A model generated the notes under the pieces. The model ran no database searches, was not told the origin of the DNA, and was given only the letters and a program-made list of their open reading frames with translations. A stretch of DNA of 64,000 nucleotides from the human T2T-CHM13v2.0 reference genome, Homo sapiens. Shown one piece after another: positions 53,921 through 64,000 of the stretch. Within the stretch, counting starts at the first letter, position 1, and every line of letters begins with the position of its first letter. Made by a program: the position numbers and the translations under genes. The stretch lies in the NCBI RefSeq assembly GCF_009914755.1, contig NC_060929.1; one strand, written 5' to 3'.

Positions 53921-54999
53921 ATCTGAAGACACATTTTCTAAAGTCTAAATTTCTATTGCAGAATTTTGAAACTGTTATATTTGTGTTTGGAAGAATCCTT
54001 CTTAGGTGAATCTTAATTCAATCAAAATTTCTATTCTCTTAAATATTTATTTTTAAGTGGAAATTATTACAAGAGACAGTTTCCTTGGCTTTGACTTGGC
54101 GTATGGAGTCTTCTCTCTGTCATCAGTTCTGCTGAAGAGCACAGAAGGGAATTGGGGAATGAGACTTGTCTGTGAGGAAGCTGTGTGTACACTGCAGGCA
54201 CAAACTTGTAAGGCAAGGCTCCCTCCATAACTCCTTCCCATTCCTCCTGGGGCTGGAGGCCGAACTCTAAAACACCTCCTCCTACCCCACAGTGCCTTAT
54301 TGATGGATGGAAGAAGTTTTCACATGGGGAGGATATTTGCTAGCCTATTTTTCTAGCAGCTCTTGTTATCCATCACCATCCCTATGCACTTGGTCTGTTT
54401 GTCATGGAATGAGTCTGGGGGAATTTGCTTTTTCAGCTTCTTTCTTCCTTCCCATGCTTTTGCCAAGTGAGAAGAACATGGCATCAGCCTCATTGAAATG
54501 CAGTGGTGCCTCCCTATTTTTCCAAGGCTGCCCCTGTGAAAAAGGAGCTTGATGAGACTCATTAAGGGCAAATCATGGGGGTTAGGGTTACTTTGACGGG
54601 TTTTCTCTGCAGAGGTCCAGATTTATTTCTGAATATCACTGACCCAGAGGCCAGTTTCACATCCTGCAAAAAAATGCTCTAAGAGAATGTGTCAGCAGAA
54701 CTGGCATTGCATGTCTAGACAAAGAATTGACATTAGCATCATCAGCTAGCATCCAATCTGTTAATTCTTGTGTAAGCATTCGCTGTCTGAGCCTCAGGCA
54801 TTTTTGGACTTGAAACAAAAACTTTAGCTCTAAGATTTAAACTTAGGTCTTTCAGGAGCTTCTTTCAGGGGAAGGAATAACAAGGTAACTTATTTCAAGA
54901 TCAGATATTTTATTGATAAACATAAAAGTTCCCTCATCTTTTTTTTTCCTTCTTTAGTAAAATGGTGACTGTGTCATCACCATCTTCATCCTATTGTAT

Positions 55000-56720
55000 A
55001 TTTGTTATCTCAAAAAATATTTGTTAAATACCCACTGGGAGTTTATGCAGGGCATTCTGCTGATACATTGGTGAATAAAACAGCCAAGGTCCCTACCTCC
55101 TGGAGTTTATAGCTTAATGGGGGAGACTGCCCACAAACAAGTGTAACAGGATCTCTCTGTCTCAGTTTTGGCTGAGGCACCAGAGAACAAAGCAGTAGGT
55201 GTCAAGTCCCTTGGCTTTCTAAACTGAGGTGCTAGACTACCTCTGCAGGACTGGTGGAAAAGGTACTGGTTCTGCCAGTCAGAACCCATCATCTACCTCC
55301 AGGGCTCCAGGGTTGAGGAGAAGGCTTAGCGTTCTTGGAGGTTTCAGTGTTGGTAGAGGGGATTTCTTGAGGAGAGTTGTCACTGTGCTGTAAGGTTCCC
55401 CTCACTGCAGGGAGGAGCTGTGTATCCCCCACTCTCAAAACTAGTAGGGAGGAGGCTTCCAGGGAACCACTCAGAGAGAACGCTGTCCTGTGTTTCCTGA
55501 ATCTGGGGGACTTGGGGACTGACATATGAGGCATCTCAAGGCAGAGGCAGGGGCAGTGGAGAGAAGAGATGCTGTATTGAGAATGGCCAGCCCTTCCATA
55601 GTTGACTGGGTAAAAACTGACTCTGAGGAAGGAGCAGACTGGGTCATCTTGGCAGCAACTTAAGAGGGAGAAACTACGGAGTGAGGTGACTCTGGAAAGA
55701 GACAGGTCTCTAGAATGGAGTGGCAGAGTGGGATGGTGGGGAAGATTCTTAAGGGACCAACCCGAAAGACTATTGCCTGGCAAAGCAGCTGTGGGGGGCA
55801 GGGCCTCTGAAAACCCCATAAAGAGCAGGCCTGGGAAGCTTGGTTATCTGCCAGATGCAGAGGTAAAAACCCCAGATTACAGTGACATCTGACAAGACAG
55901 ACCTATATTCCCCTCTTCTCCATCTGCTGCCCCAAACCTGAAGAGCCACAATCCACAACTACAAAGATGGGAGGAGGTGGAGTGAGGAGAAAGCTGACAA
56001 GGCTGTCTTCCTGATGAGCTTCCTTGCCTGGATCAGAAGCAGATCTGAGCTGGGAGAGGGGAGGAATCATTGGTTAACTTAGGTTTAGAGTTCTGATATT
56101 AAAATCACCCTAGAAAACAGACTATTTGTTTAAGACTTGGAAGTGACTGTGATAGCTATGGGACTGGTGGAGATTTTTCATCTAGAGACAGGAAAGAACA
56201 TATGAAGACAGCAGATTCAAAGGGGCAGAGGAAGGAGAGGATCAATTGCTTTCTGTCTGCACATACTGATTCCAGTTTCTTTACTATCCTAACTTGATTA
56301 TGCTAGTAAATAAATAAAATGTTGAATTATAAAACCGTGACACCAGGTGAGGTAGTGTGTGCCTGTAGTCCTAGCTTTTCAAGAGGTTGAGGCATGAGGA
56401 TCACTTGAGTCCAGGAGTTCAAGTCCAGCCTGGGCAACATAGTGAGGCCCCATCTCTAAAAAATTAATAAGCAAATTAAAAAGAATCATAAAACTGCTCT
56501 TAAAGGATAGTGCAGAGGGTGGTAGTGGAGGAGACCTATTTAGACAGGGCAGCAAGGATTACCTCTCAAGAAACCATATGTAATGAATGAGCAGGAGTCA
56601 GCTGTGCTCAGTTCTTGGGGAGAGTTAGGGATGGGAGTTCCTCTAGGGTCCAGGCAGTGGGAACAGTATGTATAAGGTTTATGTGAACAGCATCCAATAA
56701 ACATTTGAGTGGTTTTAACC
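55000..56720. mobile_element. L2 fragments (55000-55140, 56480-56720) split by a purine-rich probable ancient LTR (~55142-56275)
   Basis: L2-like GTGAATAAAACAGCCAAGGTCCCTACCTCCTGGAGTTTATAG stops at TGTAACAGG and resumes after 56480; LTR family not identified. Confidence 0.45.
56340..56463 (+). mobile_element. FLAM/FAM Alu monomer
   Basis: GCCTGTAGTCCTAGC...GAGGATCACTTGAGTCCAGGAGTTCAAG.CCAGCCTGGGCAACATAGTGAG. Confidence 0.88.
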
Positions 56721-58149
56721 AAGAATATTTTCATTCTTTGTGCAGGGCACTGAGTTAAAGTCTGTCTTATAAACAGGATAAATGCCTCCTTCACTGAAAA
56801 CTGAGGCTTAATTGATCAGTCTTGGAAAAAACCCCTTGGATAGAAGGTAATGTCTAAAGGCTATAAAGAGCAAAGAGACTCTTGCCCTCTGTTCTAAGCT
56901 CCCAGTAACCCCAGAGAACATCCTTCTTTGATGAGTATTGTCATGACCAGCAGCCTCTCCTATGACACTAGTTCCCTTTTGTGGAGTGCAGGGGATTCTG
57001 GGTGAAGAAACACAGAGCTCACATGACAGTCTCAGGAGGAAGGAGGGAGGGAGGGAAAACCCTTGACTCGTTCTAGGGCTCTGTTTATGTGTAAGAGATA
57101 GAAAAGACTACTTGTTGGAAGCATGCCATGCAAAGTAATCGAGGTAAGATGTCAATGACTCCATCAGTAGGGGCAGGTGTAATCCCTTGCATTGACACAC
57201 TGATTGGAAAAATGACTCACCTTTGCTGATATACATTTGCTCAGGAAATAAAAAGAGCAAAAAGATGAACTGGTGGCCTAGTGAAGGCCCAGGGAGAGTG
57301 TCTGCAGGAATGTGGACACATCCATTTAAAGCTTATATCCTGGGCAGACAGTGACCTCAGCAAGGCACCTTCCCAGGCTTCTCTGGGTTTCCGGCTGGCT
57401 TTCAGTCTCTACCAGGGAATGGAGCATCTCTGGGCAGAGGGCAATGCACCAAAGTTTGTGAGGGGTCCTAGGAGAGGAAGACTGACTGAGAGCCCCTGCT
57501 TTCAGGGAACTCTGTCCGGCTGGGAGACTGAACTGGTATCATTGACACATCTCACAATCACATATGCAGAACCAACCCAAGGAGGTGAAGAGAGAGGAAA
57601 AATGTGCTTCTGGTGAATACTAGGAAAATCAGTGCAATCTAAACTACCAGAGATTTCCACATCTCTAGCTTTTCATTATATCTATTTGCTTTCCCAGTAA
57701 CACATGCTCAACAAAGAGACTGCCAAATACAGTGTAAAAAAATCAACTATTTTCATTTAAAAGATAATATTGTAAATAGAGAAGGAAGGAGCCTGTGTTA
57801 GGGCTTTCCTTTTTCCCATTGGTGCAAAGCAGTAACTTGCGCCATTAGAACCTGCACCACTTAGTGAGGAACCGATCTCCAAAAAGGCTGCCTGACACAC
57901 AGAAAGTTCCTGTAAGATGTATTTAAAAATCAAGTTGAGGAATTTAGAAATCTAAGCATTTTAAATTTTAAAAAATTGAATTAGGGTGCTTTGTAACTAG
58001 ATGGCTTTGCCAGTATCATATCTGAATATCAGACCTTAAGATAGGCTCTTTGGTACTCAATTAAAAGTACAAATAAAACGTGTGAAACATTTCAAAAATC
58101 AGCCTTCAAATTGATATTATGGTCCTTGGGTGTATTTTTTTTCTTTGGC

Positions 58150-58695
58150 AGCATATTAGAGTAGAAAGAGCATAAGCATTTGTGTCAGGCAAATCTGTAT
58201 TTGAACACCAGCCCTGCAGTCCTTAGACCTGGAGTCTGGGACCCTGCCCTAGATTCCCACCTTGGCTGGTTCACTCTGACTGTCTGAAAGACACAGCCCT
58301 CCTCACAGAGAGAGAGAGACATCTGGAGGGCCATGAACACGTGCTGACTTGAGACCTCTGTCCCAACGCACTCAGGTTCTGGAATTCCTTGACTAGGCCC
58401 TGTCCTGGACCTAGACAGACTGGCTGGGCTGTCCTCTCTTCTGGTGCAGGATGGAGCTTGACGAGAGGAATGAAAAGGGGAGTGGAGCAGCGGGCTGGAG
58501 GACCACCATTTTTATTCTTGCATTGGGCCCCAAAAATGTCAGGGGCAGGTCCTTGCAAGTGACTTCACCATTCTGAAGCTCATTTTCCTCCTTTAGAAAA
58601 TGTGCATAAGAATTTCTATCTTACAGATTTTAAGGATCCAATTAGATTATTCTATAAACATACTGATTATTGTACACAAATACTTATCACTGCTA
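58150..58695 (+). mobile_element. MIR interrupted at ~58217-58555 by a probable hAT-Tip100-type fragment
   Basis: MIR halves (GTAGAAAGAGCAT...; GCAAGTGACTTCACC...CTCATTTTCCTC) flank a GC-richer insert ending TTGCATTGGGCCCC. Confidence 0.45.
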
Positions 58696-58998
58696 TCAAT
58701 CTAGAGTTTCAGGCTAGACTGAAAATGTCTGTTAAAGCCACCATATAACTGAAATGCATTATTAATTATATTACTAGCACTAATAGTATTTCAGGTACAT
58801 AGTCTCTGACCTGAAGTCTTTGGGACCAAATGTGTTCAATATTCACAAGTTTTTTGATTTTAGAAATCCAAATGTTTCGAAATATATGCGTAAGGCAGAT
58901 ATTGCATTATATCTGAAATATTTGAGGCAGGGTCTCAATATGTTATTATTTGAAGTCATCAATACATTAATATTTCCACTGCAAAACTTAATGAATGA

Positions 58999-59300
58999 GG
59001 CCAGGCGTGGTGGCTCATGCCTGTAATCCCAGCACTTTGGGAGGATCACAAGGTCAGGAGATCGAGACCATCCTGGCTAAAATGGTGAAACCCCGTCTCT
59101 ACTAAAAAAACCGAAAAATTAGCCGGGTGTGGTGGCGGGTGCCTATAGTCCCAGCTACTCAAGAGGCTGAGGCAGGAGAATGGTGTGAACCTGGGAGGCA
59201 GAGCTTGCAGTGAGCCAAGATAGCGCCACTGCACTCCAGCCTGGGTGACAGAGAGAGACTCCATCTCAAAAAACAACAACAAAAAAAAAACAAAAAAAAA
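58999..59300 (+). mobile_element. AluY-like element with a ~13-bp left-arm deletion
   Basis: CTTTGGGAGG^ATCAC; GAGATCGAGACCATCCTGGCTAA; TSD AAAAC(T/A)TAATGAATGA at 58983-58998 and 59297-59312. Confidence 0.95.
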
Positions 59301-59356
59301 CATAATGAATGAATATTGTGATATGCAAAGACCATAAGCAGCCTTATTTAGGTCAG

Positions 59357-60050
59357 TTTTTAAAAAATAACTTAAAATTTTAGAACTGTTTTACATTTAT
59401 AGGAAAATTGCTAAGATAGTACAGAGAGTTCCCATATGTTCTATATGTAGTTTTCCCTATTGGTAACATCTGATATTACTATGGTACATTGGTCACAATT
59501 AATGAATCCATACTGATCCATTAACTAAAGTCTACACTATATCAAATTTGCTTAATTTTTACGTAATGTCCTTTTCTGTTCCGGGATCCATCCAGGATAC
59601 CCCATTACATTTAGTTGCCGCATCCCCATAGATTCCTATTGGCTATTATGATTTCTCAGACTTTTCCTGTGTTTGATGACCTTGACTGTTTGAGGAGTAC
59701 TGCTCCAGTACCTGTAGAATGCACCTTAACTGGGATTTGTCTGGTGTTTTTCTTAGGAATAGACTGGGTTATAGGATTTTAGAGTTGAAGACCACAGAGG
59801 TAAAGTACTATTCTCATGATATAGTAAGGGGACACTCTAGCAACAGGAGTTATCACTGTTAATGATGACCATGTCAGGTTTCCCCACTATGAATGTACTC
59901 TTTCCTCTTCAGTTTTTATACTGTACTATTTGGAAGGAAGCCACTTCCCCCACTTAAGCAGTGGGGAGCTATTTTCACCTCCTGGAGTGCAGAATACTTA
60001 TGTAAGTTATTCCAAATTCTTCTGCATGGGAGATGGATCTCTTTTCCCCC
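59357..60050 (-). mobile_element. L1MC4-like 3' fragment
   Basis: GATAGTACAGAGAGTTCCCATAT...TTTCTCAGACTT...TTTGATGACCTTGAC...TTTGAGGAGTACTG. Confidence 0.8.
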
Positions 60051-62189
60051 AAGGGTCAGGTTTTGCTGCCATCAGGTTAGGAAATATTTTCTTTTTTCTT
60101 TTAAAGTTTTGGTGTTGTGAATAAGGGATTATGGGCCAGAGCCAGCATTATATCTAAATTTTAAAATTCTTACAATGTGCTTTCACCCACTGTACCACGC
60201 TGGTGACAGAAGAGACTGACAATTCCTTATAATAAGAGAGAATCACAGGGACTAGTAGGCAGGGATAATGGCAGCCTAGAGAGCACTCCTGTTTCCCAGA
60301 GCCCTGGATGGTCCCCGCCCATCATGCATGGCTTGGCCAGACATTCCTACACAAGAAGTATGTTTGGCTGCTTCCACACCTTCATAACAAATTCAGCCTG
60401 AAGGGAAATACTGGGAAATACAGTGATGGCCAAGTTGAGTATACATTTTAAAATAGAAAACAAAATTTCCCTTTTATGCATTTGTCAGGCCTTTTTAAAC
60501 ATGCATTTTCATGGAAACTCTTACATTGGTATTAGTTAGGACTGGGGGATATGTTCCGATGGAAATCTAGGAGGTTCATGCCTGGGGCTCACACAGCGTC
60601 ACCAGGGGACCCACTGCATTTTCCTACGTTCTCACCTTCCTCTGAGGTGCTCCATACCCACTCCTAGGCAGCTCTACTTCCCACACAATCTCAGACTGAG
60701 TCCCATTTCTCCTCACCTCTCCTCTCCCTTCTCCCCTCCCAGCTATGTGAGACCCTCTTAGGATTTTTATTGTTATTCAATCCTTGCTCCTATGTGGTCT
60801 CTCTATGGCTTCTGCAACTTGCTTCTACCCAGTGGTAATAGTCCAAGATCTCACAGTCTATGCCCTAGAGCTGCAGCCAGGTCTTGTGCCAGGCCCTACC
60901 CTTTAGGTAGAGAGAGTCCTAAAGGGAGGGGGCCTCACTGAAGGATGGGGAGGGGCCCTGCAATAGCAGAGGACAGCAGCTATTCACCAACCTTCTCGAA
61001 GCCTTTTGCTATTTTAACCTATGCGGAAAGTAAATCATTTTCAAGTGTATTTTATATCGTATTGAACGTGGGAGCCTTCCAGAATTAAGCCCCAGCCTTC
61101 ACAGTCATTACTGACATATTAATTACACACTCTCAGGCTGACTTTCCAACTTTGGAATCACTTGCTGAGGCCCCAAGAGGACATTCATTTAATTAGGGCA
61201 ACAGTGACCTGATTGGTTTGTTGCTCTTCAGACTTACCCTTTAGTCCTAAGAGCCTATACCATTATGGGCTTAGGGGTAATTCACGATGTGGTATGAGCC
61301 CTGGGCAGCACATTATTTTTTTCAGAACTGACTGATTGGAATGTATCTGTAGTAGGGTTTTTCCTAATTCAGTCTTCAAAGGAGACCAGTAGAAAGCATC
61401 TCTTCTATTACTTTCATTTGGTCCCTATGACATCCTTGCATAAAATTACATGCATCTCTTTAGTATAAGATGGGTGATCCTATTTCTTCCACCCAATTTA
61501 GAGGAGGAATATGAATGTTTAGAAAATGGTACAAACTTCTGAGAAAAAGAAAGTTGTATGTAATTTAGAAGATGAATAATCTTCAAATAACTCCCTAAAT
61601 TTGAGCTCCAATTAGGGAGAAATAATTAAGCATGTTGGCATTGAAGAAATAAAGTGTTTCAACTCACCCTCTGATCTTGGTTGTGTCTCTTTACGAACTC
61701 CAAAAATTAAACATAATCATGGACTAGATAAATAAACTTATTACCCACCATTTGATTATGCCATTTGATGAATTGACTAAAGTTTCTCGGATATCTTTTC
61801 AAAGCTCCCCCAGGGGGCAAAATCCCTCCAGACCCAGTTTTTAGGGTGCCTTTGAACTGCCTACAGCAAAGGTCTGTAAACTTTTTTGGTCAAACTCCTC
61901 TATCCATAAAAATTATTTGACTACTTAAGTCTTATGTTCACACATTTCCTATTAAAATAATATATGTTATAAAACTTTATATAGTTCATTTGGAAATTTG
62001 TGTATTACCTTGTGACAAATCTTCTGTTGTATTTTGAATTGTTTTTTAAATAGTTATTTGTGATTTACACTGTCTTAGGTTTATTTTTTTTCTCTGAACA
62101 GATTTATTAAACTGTCAAGGTCAAGAATTTAAAACAATGTATTCCCTGTTTTTAATACAGCCCTTTGATTAATTGAGTTTTTTGGACCA

Positions 62190-62330
62190 GAAAGCCTCGG
62201 AGTTTTGTCTGGGTTTGCCCCACCTGTGTGATCACTAGCAAGCCAGTCAACATCCACGGGCCCTGGTGATCTCATCTGTAAAGGAAGTGGTTGGACTAGA
62301 TGATTTCTAAGATCCTCCAGCTTTATAATT
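62190..62330 (+). mobile_element. MIR (MIR3-like) fragment
   Basis: CTCATCTGTAAA...GGTTGGACTAGATGATTTCTAAG. Confidence 0.6.
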
Positions 62331-64000
62331 TGGATAATAGGATTTAATTTGGCAAATCTTCCAAAAGGATGTTGTCTAAGTTGGAGAAACCTGACCTAAT
62401 TTTGACCACAGATGTTGTGGATTTGGAAAAACCTTTTTTAGAAAACTCCTCAAAGACAAAAGTATACTCACTGGCACTAAAGGTGTGGTGTCCTTACTAT
62501 CTTTCCTAGCATAGATCTCCCTTACAGTGTGTCCAGGTGCACTGTGGAATGCCACACCCACAGCATACCTGAAGCAAGGGGCTGGTTACACATTAGAATC
62601 GTGAAACTGTTAGCAACGGAATTATTCATAAAAAGAACCTCAGCTGAGAGCTGAGTTCAATAATTTTTAGCCCAATTAGCCAGCAATTGGCCTTCTCACT
62701 TTCCTTGATTGCATTATTTTAAAAATCTTTGTTTGATTTTTCAAAACTGTGTGTCCAAGCTGTGGTGTTTAAAGAACTAGATGTACAAAAAATACAAATC
62801 AAAATGTCACATCCTGTAAACATACCATAAGCTGATTATGTTAAATGTTTTCTTTATTCAAGCACGTAGATTTAGGGCTTAGCAGTGGTAATAAACATTC
62901 GTCTGAAGAATAGATTTTGATCAAGGAAGTCTCCCATTTGTTCCGTGTATGATCTTTATTCTGTTGGTTTTCCCAGGGTGAAAGTCACACAAAAGAAACA
63001 AACTACAGCTCTTGGAATGTAATTCCAGTGCCCCCCTTACACCCCCCCAAAACAAACCAGAAAACAAACAAACACACACAAAAAAACCCAACACTAAAAC
63101 TGGCCTAACAATGCAAACTACCATGTAATAAGATCCTACCACACCTAGACAGCCACCCATATCCAATCTGTATCCTGGAAAGACTTATGACTAAGCAAAG
63201 AGAGGAGAGACCATGAAAAGAGTCAGTCATGGATTTTTAATTTGTAAGCACAGACTAATCCAGGGAAGACTTACAGCAAATTTTATTCTGATGCCTTTTA
63301 TTCTTTTTTATCATGCAATCTGTGTCTGTCAGCAACAGCCTTTGATTGCTTCTTTAGCCATCTGAAATGCTAGGAGGATCCTTGTTTAACCAGTTTTTAA
63401 TAACTGCATCTCTATGCCACCCTCACCATCATTTCATTTGCTTTCAGAACCAGAGTTTTTTACTCACTAGATAATATATTTAAAGATCTATAATAATATG
63501 ATTAAAGTCGGGGGGAGGACAGTAATTATAAAGGAAATGAAAACTCAAGAATCTTATATTTATTTCTGTTCCAGGCAAGTATCAGTTCTGCACAGCAGTC
63601 TCCTTTCCCTTGGGGATATTGTATGATAACATTGGTGAGAACATATTTGACACTTTATTTGTAAAAGGTGCTTTATGTTTGTCATCTAGAAAATGCTAAT
63701 GTGCAGTAGGCATTGGCATCAGATGTGGATGCTGTGGCTAAACACAAGGGGAGATTTCCCATGAAAAATTGATAAATGTGTATTTCATGAAAATGATTGC
63801 CAGCACTATCTTAAGTGGGTAATGCTGCCCTTGGTAAGAAGAATATAGAATAAATACCAGTTTTTATTTCTTTTATGCCACAGTTTGTATGTTAAAAGTT
63901 AGGTTAATTACCCTGATTATATGATTAATGCTGAAATTGACTTAGCAACACTAGTGATATTGCATTTTGTGACCCTCTTTTGTTCAAGCCAGCTATTTTG

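Noticed and set aside
55289-55819. 176-aa ORF on the - strand (longest non-L1 ORF)
   Set aside because: No recognisable domain, Ser/Leu/Pro-rich, antisense of a purine-rich probable ancient LTR; no supporting splice signals seen
61804-61822. CTCF-like motif CTCCCCCAGGGGGCAA (weaker ones at ~25140 and ~57163)
   Set aside because: Partial matches are expected by chance in 64 kb; cannot be supported without a PWM score or ChIP data

Overview
Primate (very likely human) non-coding genomic DNA, rich in repeats, with no recognisable host protein-coding exon. The + strand looks T-rich and most L1 copies are on the - strand, which suggests a large intron of a + strand gene or lncRNA (inference). It contains a full-length but dead L1PA3-like element (8171-14221, -) that keeps an open antisense ORF0, and older L1PA/L1M fragments. 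It also holds about a dozen Alu copies or fragments, ERV1/ERVL/MaLR solo LTRs, DNA-transposon fossils, MIR/L2 and a degenerate RPL36 processed pseudogene. The most striking signal is a ~5.96-kb inversion (35053-41014). Its two breakpoints cut one AluSc-like element and one L1MC element, and both are rebuilt almost perfectly when the segment is flipped back. Other signals are several local template-switch or repair scars: an inverted copy of an Alu arm inside an LTR, a 33-bp templated insertion in L1 ORF2, and flank-derived bases at the L1 5' junction. Repeat subfamily names come from my recall of consensus sequences and need RepeatMasker/Dfam confirmation. I see no evidence of a novel protein-coding system.
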